Part shown: positions 7,753 through 19,195 of the stretch, in pieces | Numbering within the stretch: position 1 is the stretch's first letter | Layout: each line of letters starts with the position of its first letter | Source of the DNA: an uncultured Actinomycetota bacterium | GTDB taxonomy: Bacteria > Actinomycetota > Actinomycetes > Actinomycetales > Dermatophilaceae | Length of the DNA: 64,000 nt | Direction: 5' to 3' | Assembly: GCA_963745335.1 (NCBI GenBank) | Contig: CAVUXP010000010.1 | Span: 8,459 to 72,458, forward strand | Notes under the pieces: model-generated | Database searches by the model: none | What the model was told of the DNA's origin: nothing | Seen by the model: only the letters and a program-made list of their open reading frames with translations | Position numbers and translations under genes: made by a program

Positions 7753-10460
7753 GTGTCGGATGCACCCATACCTCGCCCGCCGAGCAAGTCCGACGGTCGT
7801 CGCGACGAGGCGCCCAGCGTCGCCGCCATGCGGTCCACCACCGAGACCATGGCGGCCCGCCCGCCGATGGGGCCGGACGACGAGAGCCTGCGCCGGGCCG
7901 AGACATCGGCCGTCGTGGCCGAGATGCACATGGGGGTGCGGGGGGCATGGAGCATCGCCGGCTTCGCCGGTCTGCTCGTCGTGCTCGCCCTCATGCGCAC
8001 CAGCGGCATCCTCCCGGTCGGGAGCGCGGCGACCGACGATCCGGCGGCAAGCCCCTGGCCGCGCAGTACCCTCGCGCTGGTCCTCCTCGTCGTGGGCGCC
8101 CAGGTGGTCATGCTCCTCATCGTCGCCGAGCACTGGGTCGGCCCGGCGCTCGCCACGACGACGCCGCAGGCATCCCTTTCCGCGGCGATGGCGGTGCGGC
8201 GTCGATTCGCCCGACCCGACGGTCAGCCCGTCACGCCGGAGCCCTGGACCGAGAGCTACCGCGTCGGCTCGGCCGAACTCGAACGACTGCGTCGCCACAC
8301 CCGCTACCTGTTCGAACCGGCGATCCGGCTGCGGGACGGCGCGGTGACCTCCTGCTCGGAGCCGGCCTCAACGTCGTCGTCGTCGGCATCGTCCTGCTCG
8401 GGCTGACCTGGGTCAGCGTGTTGCTGGCCGTCGTCTTCGGGGTCGTCACCCCGGAGCGCGATCCGGTGGTTGTCTCCGGCAGCCCGAACACCGGCTACTC
8501 GGACCCGGGGCCCATCATCGCCTTGCACGTCGCCCAGGGGTGGGGGGTCGGACAGTGGGTGGCGCTGCTCTCCGTGGCCGGCGTCGCGCTGCTCGTCGTC
8601 GGGGCGATGACGATCGCCGCGTGGCGTGAGGCACGGGTGTTCGACCAGGCCGACCCCGACGACGAACGACGGCGTCAGGCGACGAGCCGGATGGACCTCG
8701 TCCAGCGGTGGCGCCCGCACGTCCTGGCCGCCGGCGCCATCTGGCTCCTCCTCTCCTTCGCCCTTCCGGCCGGTGCCGTCGGAGTCGTGTCGCTCACGAC
8801 CCACAACCAGCCGATGGCCAGCGTCGGCGGGGCCCTGCACGCGCTGGGCTTCGGCTCACACGACATGTGCTCCGCCGCCTTCCGGGACAGCGTGGAGGCC
8901 GCCGCCCTCCAGGCGTCGACCGAGGCCCGGATCAGCCCCAACGAGACGCGCACGGCGACGGCGGGGGCCTGCGGCTTCGAGACGACCGTGGCCCGCACCC
9001 TCGACACCCAGGGCGACAGCGATCCCGCCAACGACGTGCTGCCCGACACCGGCCGGATCGACCTGGGCTGGCAGCCGAGCGGCGCGCTGCAGATCGGCGG
9101 GATCTGGGCCCTGCTGGCAGCGATCGTCGGGATGCTCCGCCGGGGCCCGACGCCGGAGACGCAAGCGGCCGACAGCCGGACGGATCGGCTCAAGCGCACG
9201 CTGCTCACCTGGCTCCCGCTCACGCTCGCGGGGCTCGTGGCGGCATACCTCCTGCTGTTGTGGACCTTCCACTACCTCATCGAGCTCCCTGGGCGGGGAC
9301 GCACTCCTTCGTCGCGTGGACCGCTGGGCTGCTCGCACTGGCCTGTGTCCTGTGCTACCTCGTCGACGCGAACGCGACGTCGATGCACGGCTTCTACCGA
9401 GCTCGGCTGGCCGACGCGTTCTGTGTCGGCGTCGATCCGTCGGGGGCTGCCGGCCCGCTGCCGGCGCGCCGGGTCTACCGCTTCTCCGAGCTGGGTGGGG
9501 TGCGCCTCAACATCGTCGCGACTCTCAACTCGCGCTACCCGAACGAGGCACCGACGATGCGCGGGGGCTTCCCGCTCGTCTTCTCCTCGGACGGGATCCT
9601 CGTGGCCCGTGAGGAGCGGCGCACGTACCGCGTCGACATGGCGCGCTTCGAGGACTACGCAGGTCCCGGCCGCTCCTCGGTCATGGCGGCCGTCGCCGTG
9701 AGCGGTGCGGCCATCTCGCCGCTGATGGGGCGGTTCGGCGTCCAGATGGCTCCGTACCGGATCCTCCTGACCCTGCTCAACCTGCGCGTCGGAACCTGGG
9801 TCCGCAACCCGCTGCACGCGCGCGCGATCGACCCCGACGAGCCTCGCGCGGCCCCCGCCCCGGAGGGCTGGCTCTGGCTGACGAGCAAGCCGGGTCTCGC
9901 CCAGATCGCCACCGAGGCGGCCGGGGCGTCGTCGGCGAACCGACGATGGGTCTATCTCAGCGATGGAGGCCACCTCGACAACACCGGCCTCGTGGAGTGC
10001 GTGCGGCACTGCGTCTGCCTCGGTCGCGGGGGACGGATCGTCGTCCTCGACGCGAGCAACGACCCTCCGGGCACCTGGTCGGCCGTGGGTGACGCCATCG
10101 CCGTGATCCGGGCCGACCTCGACATCGACCTGCAGCGCCGTCCCGTCGTGCCCGACGACGTCGATGCGCCGCCGCCGCCGTGGGCGCGCAGGTACGTCGG
10201 CGGCGGCCTCGAGGTCCTCGTCGTCAAGGCGGTGAGGGTCGAGCGCGCCGGCCCCGGACGCCGCCGCGGGAACGGTGGACTGGACCGCCCCGCTGCCGCC
10301 CAACGTCCAGTCCTTCCAGCTCACCAACAAGGACTTCCCCCGGGCGTCGACCGCGCGGCAGAAGTTCGGCGACCTCGAGTTCGAGGCCTACCGGGGCCTG
10401 GGGTATGCCGCGACCCGGGCCGCCCTGCTCTCGGCGGGTTGGGTGTCGCCGGACCCCTGA
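7753..10460 (+). pseudogene. large membrane protein with a patatin/cPLA2-like C-terminal region, spread over four frames as assembled
   Basis: Coding-like text runs through ORF 7753..8406, then the frame of 7563..9701 (from about 8340), then the frame of 8708..10486 (from about 9290), then ORF 10275..10460. Motifs: MHGFYRARLADAF, AVSGAAISPLMG, YLSDGGHLDNTGL, FPRASTARQKFGDLEFEAYRGLG. Confidence 0.55.
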
Positions 10461-10469
10461 CCGAGGTGC

Positions 10470-11468
10470 TCAGATCTCGCGCTTGAGGTCGCGCTCGATG
10501 AGCAGCCGCAGGACGCCTTCGGGCGTCAGGCCGTCGTAGAGGAGGCGGTAGACGGCCTCGCTGATCGGCATGTCGACGTCGAGCGAGTGGGCGAGCCCTC
10601 GCACCGACTTGGCGTTGATGACGCCCTCGGCGACCTGGCCCAGCTCGGCCTGGATCTCCTCGAGCGAGCGGCCCTGGCCGAGGCCGTAGCCGACCCGGTA
10701 GTTGCGCGACTTGACCGACGTGCAGGTGAGCATGAGGTCCCCCATGCCCGCCAGGCCCGAGAGGGTGAGCGGGTTGGCGCCCTTGGCGATGCCCAGCCGG
10801 GTGATCTCGGCGAGGCCACGGGTGACGAGGGCGGCCCGGGCGTTGGCCTCGAAGCCCATCCCGTCGGCGAGCCCGGTCGCGATGGCGACGACGTTCTTCG
10901 TGCAGCCGCCGATCTCGACACCGATGACGTCGTGCGTCGTGTACGGACGGAACCACCCGGTGTGGAAGGCCTCCTGCACCTGCTGGGCGACCCGGTGCCA
11001 GTGGGCGGCGACGGTGACGGCGGTCGGCAGGCCCTTGGCGACCTCGATGGCGAACGACGGGCCGGAGAGGAAGGTGAGGTAGGGGTGGTGCTCGACGGGC
11101 AGGACGTCCTCGAGGACCTCGCTCATCGTCATGAGCGTGTCCATCTCGACGCCCTTGGTGACGGAGACGATCGGTGCCTGGGGCGGCAGGTCCGGCAGGA
11201 TCCGGACCGCCACCGACCGCATCGCCTGCGAGGGGACGGCGAGGACGAGGAGGTCGGCGCCGCGGACCGCCGTCGACAGGTCTGCCTCGCTCGTCAGCGA
11301 CGGCGGCAGCGCGATGTCGGGGAGGTACCGGGTGTTCTCGTGACGCTCCGCGATCTGGTCGAGGGGCACCGGATCGATGTCCCACATGACGACGTCCCAG
11401 CCCTTGCCGGCCAACAGGGCGCCGAGTGCCGTGCCCCATGAGCCCGCGCCGATGACCGTCGCGCGCAT
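10470..11468 (-). CDS. gpsA: NAD(P)H-dependent glycerol-3-phosphate dehydrogenase
   Basis: [16 protein letters not shown] Rossmann start; [33 protein letters not shown] at 11466-11468. Confidence 0.95.
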   Translation of the reverse strand: MRATVIGAGSWGTALGALLAGKGWDVVMWDIDPVPLDQIAERHENTRYLPDIALPPSLTSEADLSTAVRGADLLVLAVPSQAMRSVAVRILPDLPPQAPIVSVTKGVEMDTLMTMSEVLEDVLPVEHHPYLTFLSGPSFAIEVAKGLPTAVTVAAHWHRVAQQVQEAFHTGWFRPYTTHDVIGVEIGGCTKNVVAIATGLADGMGFEANARAALVTRGLAEITRLGIAKGANPLTLSGLAGMGDLMLTCTSVKSRNYRVGYGLGQGRSLEEIQAELGQVAEGVINAKSVRGLAHSLDVDMPISEAVYRLLYDGLTPEGVLRLLIERDLKREI

Positions 11469-11806
11469 CTGGATCCTCCGCCCGTCGTCGGTCCGGTCGG
11501 CCCGGGGCGCCGACCGTGCGCCCGATGCTAGCCCGCCCCCCGGGCCCTGGCGATCCGCGGGCGAGGGTTGCGTCGGGCCATGGGGTCGGTGTCGACCGCA
11601 TGGCATGGCGTCCTCGTCGTGGGGGTAGGGGTGCGTCGTCCCCCGCTGACCGCCGGACGGAACCCGGCTGACGGCGCCGATCCGGGCGGCATACGATGGT
11701 CGACGGTGAGCCGGGAAGCCTGGTCGGCATCGTCGTCCACCGCATCCCAGGAAGTCCCGCGTTGACACCATCACCCGCGACCGCCACGGGCGGGCGCCGT
11801 GGCCTC

Positions 11807-13243
11807 ATGCACAGCCGGCTCGTGCTGCTGCTCGCCTTCGCGTTCGCCGTCATGGCCGACCCCGTCTCCTCCGTCGCGTATGCCGTGGAGGCGGCCCTGC
11901 GCGCCCTCGAGGGCGACCTGTCCCTCCTCCTGCCGACGATGACGCTCGTCGTCGCGATCATCGCCCTCGTCATCGTCAACTACCACCAGCTCGTCGGCCG
12001 CTACCCGCACGGCGGGGGCGCGTCCGCGGCCACCGGCGAGGCCTTCGGGGACGGGTGGTCCTTCATCCCGATCGGCGCCCTCTTCGTCGACTTCGTCCTC
12101 ACCATCGCCATCAGCGCGTCGGCCGGCGCGTCGGCGATGATCGCCTACGTCCCGGCCCTCGCGACATACCGGCTGCCCATCGCCGTCGGGCTCGTCCTCC
12201 TCGTCGGGGCCGGCACGTGGTTCGGCCACCTCGGCCGGCTCGTCTTCGCGACGATGACCATCGCCTTCATCGCCGTGGCCGGGACCGTCCTCGCCTTCGG
12301 CCTCACGGCACAGCCCCAGCCGACCGGGACGATCACCTCGACGGCCGGGCACCCGGCATACCTCGCCATCGCCCTCGCCTTCCCCGTCGCGATGGCCCTC
12401 GCCACCGGCGTCGAGGCGCCGTCCTCGGCGATCGCCCAGCTCGGGCAGCTCGACGACGACGGCCGGCGCAGCTTCGGACGGTGGACGCTGTGGCTGACGA
12501 TGGGCATCGTCGGCACGATCACCCTCGGCCTCGCGTACGAGGCGACCCGGCTCAGGGTCGGCGTGCCGCACGACGAGACGACCCAGATCGCCGAGCTGGC
12601 CCGGGTCGCGTCGCCGCACGCCGTCTTCTTCGTCTTCCAGCTCGTCACGGCCCTGCTGCTGCTGTCGGCGGCGAGCTCGTCGTTCCAGGCCGGGCCGGGG
12701 CTGCTCAAGGCGCTGGCCCGCCACGAGGGCGACGGCGAGGTCCGGGGCATGCTGCCCTCGGTCCTCGGCCGGACCAACGAGCACCACACCCCCTACTGGG
12801 GTGTCCTCGTCTTCGTCGTCGTCGCCGTCGCGGCCGTCGTCGCCGCCGGCGGGCGGGACCAGGAGCTCGTCCTCTTCTATGCCGTGTCGGTGTTCCTCAG
12901 CTTCCTCTCGGGGCTGCTCGCCATGGCGCTGTTCTCCTTCAGGGACCGGCGGCGCGGATTCCTCATGCTCAACCTCCTCGGCGCCGTCGTCGTGGGCTTC
13001 ACCCTCGCCGTCAACCTCTCCCGCGGGGCACCGGTCGTCAGCCTCGCCGCCTCGCTCCTCGTCGCCGGCATCCTCTACCGCTCGTGGGTGCGGGCCGGAC
13101 GCCCCGGTGGCGTGCGCCAGCTGGCCGCCGAGGCCGAGGGCCCGGCTCCGGACGACGACGGCGCGGACCAGGGCGCCCCGGAGCGGGAGGACGCCCTCGC
13201 GCCGGGCCCGGCCGACGGCGGCCCTCGACCCCCGACGCCGTGA
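11807..13243 (+). CDS. APC-superfamily amino acid/polyamine permease-like membrane protein
   Basis: ORF 11696..13243 trimmed to MHSRLVLLLAF. About 12 helices with a low-complexity acidic/proline tail. Family assignment from overall architecture only. Confidence 0.65.
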   Translation: MHSRLVLLLAFAFAVMADPVSSVAYAVEAALRALEGDLSLLLPTMTLVVAIIALVIVNYHQLVGRYPHGGGASAATGEAFGDGWSFIPIGALFVDFVLTIAISASAGASAMIAYVPALATYRLPIAVGLVLLVGAGTWFGHLGRLVFATMTIAFIAVAGTVLAFGLTAQPQPTGTITSTAGHPAYLAIALAFPVAMALATGVEAPSSAIAQLGQLDDDGRRSFGRWTLWLTMGIVGTITLGLAYEATRLRVGVPHDETTQIAELARVASPHAVFFVFQLVTALLLLSAASSSFQAGPGLLKALARHEGDGEVRGMLPSVLGRTNEHHTPYWGVLVFVVVAVAAVVAAGGRDQELVLFYAVSVFLSFLSGLLAMALFSFRDRRRGFLMLNLLGAVVVGFTLAVNLSRGAPVVSLAASLLVAGILYRSWVRAGRPGGVRQLAAEAEGPAPDDDGADQGAPEREDALAPGPADGGPRPPTP

Positions 13244-13255
13244 GAGGCTGCTGAC

Positions 13256-14465
13256 GTGCTGCTCCTCGCGTTCGCGGCGGTCCTGCTCGTCGCCGTGCTG
13301 TTCTCGCACCTCGCGCACCGGACGGTGCTGTCGACGGCCGCGCTGTTCCTCGTCGCCGGCTTCCTCCTCGGCGGCGGGGTGCTCGACGTCGTCGACCTCC
13401 ACGCCGACGACCCGATCGTGTCCGAGCTCGCCACCCTGGCGCTCTTCTCGGTCCTGTTCACCGACGGCATGCGGGTCGGCTGGCACGACCTGCGCGCCGC
13501 GTGGCGGCTTCCCGGGCGGGCCCTCGGGCTCGGGCTGCCGCTGACCCTCGTCATCACCGCGCTGCTCGCGCACCTGCTCACCGACCTCAGCTGGGTCGAG
13601 AGCTTCCTCATCGGAGCGGTGCTGTCGCCGACCGACCCGGTCTTCGCCGCGGCTCTCGTCGGCAACGACATGGTCCCGGGGCGGCTGCGTCACCTGCTCA
13701 ACGTCGAGTCCGGCGTCAACGACGGGCTCGCGCTGCCCTTCGTCATCGTCCTGCTCAGCATCGCCAGTGGCGGCGAGAGACACATCGGCCACGTCTCCGC
13801 CGAGCTCGCCGGGGGCGTCGCGATCGGGGTGGTCGTCCCCTACCTCGCGATCAAGATCGAGCAGTCCCGCTTCTTCCAGGCCGCCGGGAAGTACGAGGCG
13901 CTCAACGCCGTGGCCATCGGCCTGCTCGTCCTCGCCCTCGCCGAGGTGACGAAGGCCAACCTCTTCCTCGCGGCGTTCGCGGCGGGGATCACCGTGGCGT
14001 CGACGGGGCAGCGCCAGCGGGAGACCTTCGAGGAGTTCGGCGAGCTCATCGCCGAGATCCTCAAGCTCGGCGGCCCTCCTCGTCTTCGGCGCCCTCATCA
14101 CCCCGACCTTCATCGCCGAGATCCCCCTCGGGGGCTGGGTCTTCGCGATCCTCGCGCTCATCGTCGCCCGGCCCCTGGCCCTCTTCATCGCCCTCGCCCG
14201 CTCGAAGCTGTCGATGCGAGAACAGCTGGCCGCCGCGTGGTTCGGGCCGAAGGGCTTCGCCTCGGTCGTCTACGGATTGCTCGTGCTCAACTCCGGGATC
14301 GACTCGGCCGACCAGATCTTCCATCTCGTCGCGATCACCGTGGCGCTGTCGATCCTCCTGCACTCCTCGACCGACATCATCGTGGCCCGCTCGTTCGACG
14401 AGCCGCACGAGACCCCGGACTGGCAGGGCGAGGTCGAGATGGAGACGTCCCCCGAGACGACCTGA
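13256..14465 (+). pseudogene. cation:proton antiporter (CPA1, NhaP-type Na+/H+ exchanger), frame-shifted as assembled
   Basis: The N-terminal 270 aa lie in ORF 13256..14755 (LFTDGMRV, SPTDPV, ESGVNDGLALPF). The continuation LLVFGALITPTF...MREQLAAAWFGPKGFASVVY lies in the frame of ORF 14214..14465. Shift near 14070-14076; span is 1210 nt. Confidence 0.8.
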
Positions 14466-14492
14466 CCCACCGGTCGGGTGAACCGTCGGGGA

Positions 14493-14849
14493 TCAGGAGG
14501 GAGGGCTCAGGTCGGCGAGGGCGTCGTCGCCTCCCTCGGCGTATGCCGCCCAGTCCCCGCCCCGCCGCCGCGGCACGACGACGGACCACCGGCGTTCGGC
14601 GGCGCGGAGGGCTTCGGCCTCGGAGAACCCCCGGCGCAGCGCGCGCTGGACCTCGGCGGCGACGAACGCGCGGCCCTCGTGGTACTTCCCGCCCGGGAAC
14701 GCGGCGCCGCTGCGGGCGATGGTGCACATCGACGCGCCCCCGGCCAGGAGGGTGAGGCGTTCCTCCGCGTCCCGGCGCACGGCGTCCGCGCGGTCGAGGA
14801 GGCCACCGTCGGTGGGACGGGGCGACTCGACGGCGGGGACATCGGTCAT
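14493..14849 (-). CDS. hypothetical protein
   Basis: ORF 14493..14903 trimmed to MTDVPAVE. High G/C3. Lies directly downstream of the P-II gene on the same strand. No motif recognised. Confidence 0.4.
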   Translation of the reverse strand: MTDVPAVESPRPTDGGLLDRADAVRRDAEERLTLLAGGASMCTIARSGAAFPGGKYHEGRAFVAAEVQRALRRGFSEAEALRAAERRWSVVVPRRRGGDWAAYAEGGDDALADLSPPS

Positions 14850-14951
14850 GGCCCCATCGTGCCGGTCGCCCCCGGTCGAGGGCCAGGGCCGCGCGAAGGC
14901 CACCGTCCCGGGCGGGCGAGCGGCATTCCGGCGGAGCCGGCCCGGCTCCGA

Positions 14952-15410
<459 letters not shown>

Positions 15411-15436
15411 TCACCAGGACGGACGGGAGGGTGGCG

Positions 15437-15835
15437 ATGGCAGAACGGGACGCGACGCGGCGGCCCCCGACGCGCCGCACCAGCCGCCACGCTCACCCCT
15501 GCGGACCGTTCCGGTCCTCGAGCCGGACTTCTACGCGGCCATCCACCGGCGACTCGTCGCGGCCGGCGGCCACGACGCGGCCGCCGACATCGCCTACGCC
15601 GTCGGCAACGCGCTCTTCAACACCGGGCTCCGCTTCCTTCGCGAGACCGGCGCCACCGACGCGGCTCGGCGTTTCCGCGCCCTCTACGGCCGGCGCAGCC
15701 GCGAGGACCACGGCGTCGCCGACCGGATGATCGACTTCCTCGTCGACCACGACCCAGTCCGTCCAGGCCCGCCCGGACGGGTTCATCGAGCGGCTGCTCG
15801 ACCGCCTCGAGGCCGTCCTCAGCGACCCGGACTAG
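15437..15835 (+). pseudogene. hypothetical protein, apparently crossing three frames
   Basis: ATG 15437 behind GGGAGGG. Coding-like text LEPDFYAAIHRRLVAAGGHDAAADIAYAVGNALFNTGLRFL lies in the frame of ORF 15397. The end QSVQARPDGFIERLLDRLEAVLSDPD* lies in a third frame. Candidate shift sites are the C5 run at 15464-15468 and about 15765. Confidence 0.3.
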
Positions 15836-16775
15836 CGGGACAGCGCCGCGATCTCGTCCGGCGTCGCGTTGCCCCCGGTGACGACGACCGCGCAGCGCTC
15901 CGGACGGTCGGGGTCGGCGAGGAGCCCGGCGAGCGCCGCGGCCCCCGCACCCTCGGCGAGGGTGTGTGCGCGGGCAGCGAGCAGGGCGGCCGCCGCCGTG
16001 ATGGCGTCGTCGTCGACGAGGACGAAGCCATCGAGCCGGGTCCGCAGCACCGACTGGGGCAGCGCGAAACCGGTTCCGGTCGCCAGCCCGCTCATCCGCG
16101 TCCGGCACGGCGCCGTGACGATCTCGCCGGCTCGCCAGGAGCGGTATGCCGCCGGGGCCGCCGCGGACTGGACGGCGATGACCCGGCAGGTGGGCGCGAG
16201 CGCGTCCCGGACGAGGCAGGCACCCGCGGCGCCGCTCCCGCTGCCCGTCGGGACGTAGACCGCCTCGAGGTCGGGGTGGGCCCGCAGGAGCTCGAGGTAG
16301 ACGGTGGCGTGGCCGTGGATGATGGCCGGGGTGTCACCGGGGTCGACGTAGGTGAGGCCCTCGTCAGGGCGATGGCCCGGGCCCGGGCGACCGCCTCGGT
16401 CATCGTCGGGCCGTGGAGCACCACCTCGGCACCAAGGGACCGGACGGCGTCGAGCTTGACCTCCGGCGACCCGACCGGGGCGACGACGACGGCGCGGAAG
16501 CCACCGAGCCGACCGGCATACGCCATGGACTGGGCATGGTTCCCCGTCGACGCGGTGACGATCCCTCGGACCTCCCGCCCGGCGAGGGTGGCCGCGAGGT
16601 TGACCCCACCGCGGACCTTGAACGCGCCGGTCGGCTGGACGTTCTCGTGCTTGACGACGACGCGGACCCCGGCGGCGGCGTCCAGGAGCGGGTAGCTCCA
16701 GGCGGGGGTCGGGGGCAGCTCGGCCGCGACGGCCCGTCCGGCCGCGAGGACACCGTCGAAGGTGAGGGGCTGCAT
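15832..16775 (-). pseudogene. PLP-dependent threonine/serine dehydratase family enzyme, frame-shifted as assembled
   Basis: N-terminus MQPLTFDG ... KHENVQPTGAFKVRGG ... TASTGNHAQSMAY lies in the frame of ORF 16092..17738. The rest (DEGLTYVDPGD ... VPTGSGSGAAG ... VVVTGGN) was read by hand in the frame of ORF 15832..16095. Shift near 16365. Confidence 0.8.
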
Positions 16776-16819
16776 GGGCGACAGTGTGCCGAACGGCGGG
16801 CCACCCGGTCCGGCAGGGG

Positions 16820-17599
16820 TCAGGAGGGGGGCTCGCCCGGGGACATGACGGCGAACGGCTCGCCGTCCGGGCCCTGGAGGAGGAGGAGCCGGCCGAACTC
16901 GAAGCCGAACGGCTCGCGGGCGACCTTCCCTCCGGCCGGCTCGACCCGTTCGACGAGGGCGTCGACGTCGGCGACCTGGAAGGTCACCGACCACCCGGTG
17001 AAGCCGGGGTCGGTGGCCGCGCCGATGCCGCCCGCGGGCCGCTGGCCCCCGGGCACGCTGAAGAGGGAGTACGGCGTCCCCTCCATGCCCATGTCGAGGT
17101 AGGTGTAGCCGAACACGGCCGCGTAGAACGCCTGCGCCGCGGGGTGGTCGGCGGTCATGAGGTCGCACCACGCCACGGCGCCGTCGGCGTTCGCGAGGTC
17201 GAAGCCCGTGTGGATGCCGGACTGCCAGGCACCGAACCTCGAGCCCGTCGGGTCGAGCCACAGCCCCATCGACCCCAGCGGGCCGACCGACATCGGCTCG
17301 GCGAGGGTACGGGCGCCGGCGGCGGTCGCCGCGGCGTCCGTCGCCGCGATGTCGTCGGTGGCGAGGTAGACCGACCACCCGTGCGGGGTCTGCTCCGTTC
17401 CGGGCGCCGTCGGGGACAGCCCGGCCACCGGGTGACCGTCGACGAGCGCGCTGCGGTAGCCCCCGAAACCGGGCGAGGGCTCGCCGAAGGACCAGCCGAG
17501 CAGGCCGCCATAGAACGCCGTCGACCGCTCCAGGTCGCTCACGATGATGTCGACCCAGCACGGCGTTCCCGCCGGCCACGCGTCGGGATGCTCGGTCAC
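16820..17599 (-). CDS. two-domain VOC (glyoxalase/bleomycin-resistance) family protein
   Basis: VTEHPDAWPAGTPCWVDIIVSDLERSTAFYGGLLGW, with a second repeat AWCDLMTADHPAAQAFYAAVFGY. GTG start at 17597-17599 within ORF 16820..18058. Confidence 0.8.
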   Translation of the reverse strand: MTEHPDAWPAGTPCWVDIIVSDLERSTAFYGGLLGWSFGEPSPGFGGYRSALVDGHPVAGLSPTAPGTEQTPHGWSVYLATDDIAATDAAATAAGARTLAEPMSVGPLGSMGLWLDPTGSRFGAWQSGIHTGFDLANADGAVAWCDLMTADHPAAQAFYAAVFGYTYLDMGMEGTPYSLFSVPGGQRPAGGIGAATDPGFTGWSVTFQVADVDALVERVEPAGGKVAREPFGFEFGRLLLLQGPDGEPFAVMSPGEPPS

Positions 17600-17749
17600 G
17601 CTGCTCTCCGTCCGCCGGACCTGGGTCGGCACCGGTCCGGATGACCAGGCCTCCCCCGTGGGGCCCCACGCTACGCGCGGCCGGAACGGATGTGGGCGAC
17701 ACGCCGTGCCCACCAGGCACGATGGGGCGCGGCGGCATACCGTAGGGAT

Positions 17750-18608
17750 GTGTTCACCGAGATCGCGGACCGGGTGTGGACGGCACGGTTCCCGCAGTGG
17801 GACGTCACGGTGGGCCTTGTCGCGGGGCATGACGGGGCGGTCGTCGTCGACACGCGCGCCAGCGCGCGCCAGGGGCGCGAGATCGTCACCCTCATCCGGG
17901 AGCTCGACCCCCGCATCCGGGTGACGCACGTCGTCAACACCCACGTCCACTTCGACCACACCTTCGGCAACACCGCCTTCCCGTCGGTGCCCGTCCTCGC
18001 CCACGAGAACACCGCGCGGGCGGCCATCGCCGACGCCGTCCGCATCAAGGGGCGTCATCCGACGCGACCCCGAGGGATACGAGCCGCTCGGCTATACGAG
18101 CGAGGACGTCCAGGACGCCCTCAACACGATCGTCCGGCCGGCCGACCGGACCTTCACCGAGACCGAGACGATCGACCTCGGGGACCGCCGGGTCACCCTC
18201 GCCCATGCGGGCCGCGGGCACACCGACGGGGACGTCTTCGTCATCGTCTCCGGGACCCCGGTCGTCTTCCTCGGCGATCTCGTCGAGCAGTCGGCCCCGC
18301 CGAGCCTCGGCGTGGACTGCTGGCCTCTGGAATGGGCTCCCACCCTCGACTCGATCCGCGCCAAGATCGCCGCCGACGCCGTCATCGTCCCCGGCCACGG
18401 GACCCCGGTCGATCTCGACTTCGTCGCCCGCCAGCGCGAGGAGCTCGACACGGTCGCCTCGGTCATCCGGCAACGCCGCCACTCGGGCATGGACCTCGCG
18501 ACGGCCCAGTCGGAGCCGGACGACCGGCTCCCCTATCCTCTCGAGTCGCTGCGGCACGCCTTCGCGCGCGGCTGGGAGCAGATGCGGGCGCCGGGCCAGC
18601 TCGCCTGA
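17750..18608 (+). pseudogene. MBL-fold metallo-hydrolase, frame-shifted as assembled
   Basis: VVNTHVHFDHTFGN (HxHxDH) lies in ORF 17690..18673. The continuation AHAGRGHTDGDVFV ... VPGHGTPVD lies in the frame of ORF 18312..18608. Shift near 18050-18055. Confidence 0.75.
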
Positions 18609-18630
18609 GCGACCGACCTGCTCGACCTGC

Positions 18631-19024
18631 TCAGCGCGCCGCGCCGAGGACGGGGAACGCGACGAAGTCGTGACAGTGGATGAGGTGGTCGTAGCGCGGT
18701 GCGCTGCGGCTGCGGCATCCGTGCCAGCCCCTCCTCCGCACCGAGCCGACGCGGCGCGCCCAGGTCCACCCAGTCCCGCCCGAAGCGCATCCGGGCCCCG
18801 CCGGCCGCCTCGACGTTCTTCAACCACTGGACCCGCGGGCCGTAGGTCAGCGCGACGGTCACCTCCTCGCCGTGCCGGAACGCCATGATCGGCGTCTGTC
18901 TCACCGTTCCGGTCCGTCGCCCGACGTGCTCGAGGGCGACGAGGTCGAGATGGCCGACGAGGTGGATCATCCCCTTGTTGAGTACCCGGGCGTTGAACCG
19001 GGTGATGGCGAGCGGCATGGGCAT
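18631..19024 (-). pseudogene. nitroreductase-family deazaflavin (F420)-dependent oxidoreductase-like protein (DUF385/Ddn-like), probable 3' frame shift
   Basis: MPMPLAITRFNARVLNKGMIHL ... LEHVGRRTGTVRQTPIMAF ... ALTYGPRVQWLKNVEAAGGA. GAGGAGG RBS. The unshifted frame runs to 18533 with low-complexity text. A shift near 18695 gives YDHLIHCHDFVAFPVLGAAR* ending at 18631. Confidence 0.6.
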
Positions 19025-19195
19025 GGCGCCTCCTCGGCGCCGACCGGCGGGTCTCCGCCACCGGCCGCTCCGGCCGGTGACACCGGCCAGAGTAAGGCGT
19101 ACCTTACCTGGCGCAGTCCCGGCGCCATCCTGCACAGGTACTGCGTGGGGGGACTCCATCCAGGTCACCCACGCACGAGCACAAAGGAGTGTTCG

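Noticed and set aside
11469-11806. The 338-bp leader between gpsA and the APC permease was considered as a riboswitch or small RNA.
   Set aside because: I could not recognise any known riboswitch consensus or convincing conserved hairpin architecture by eye. A covariance-model scan would be needed.
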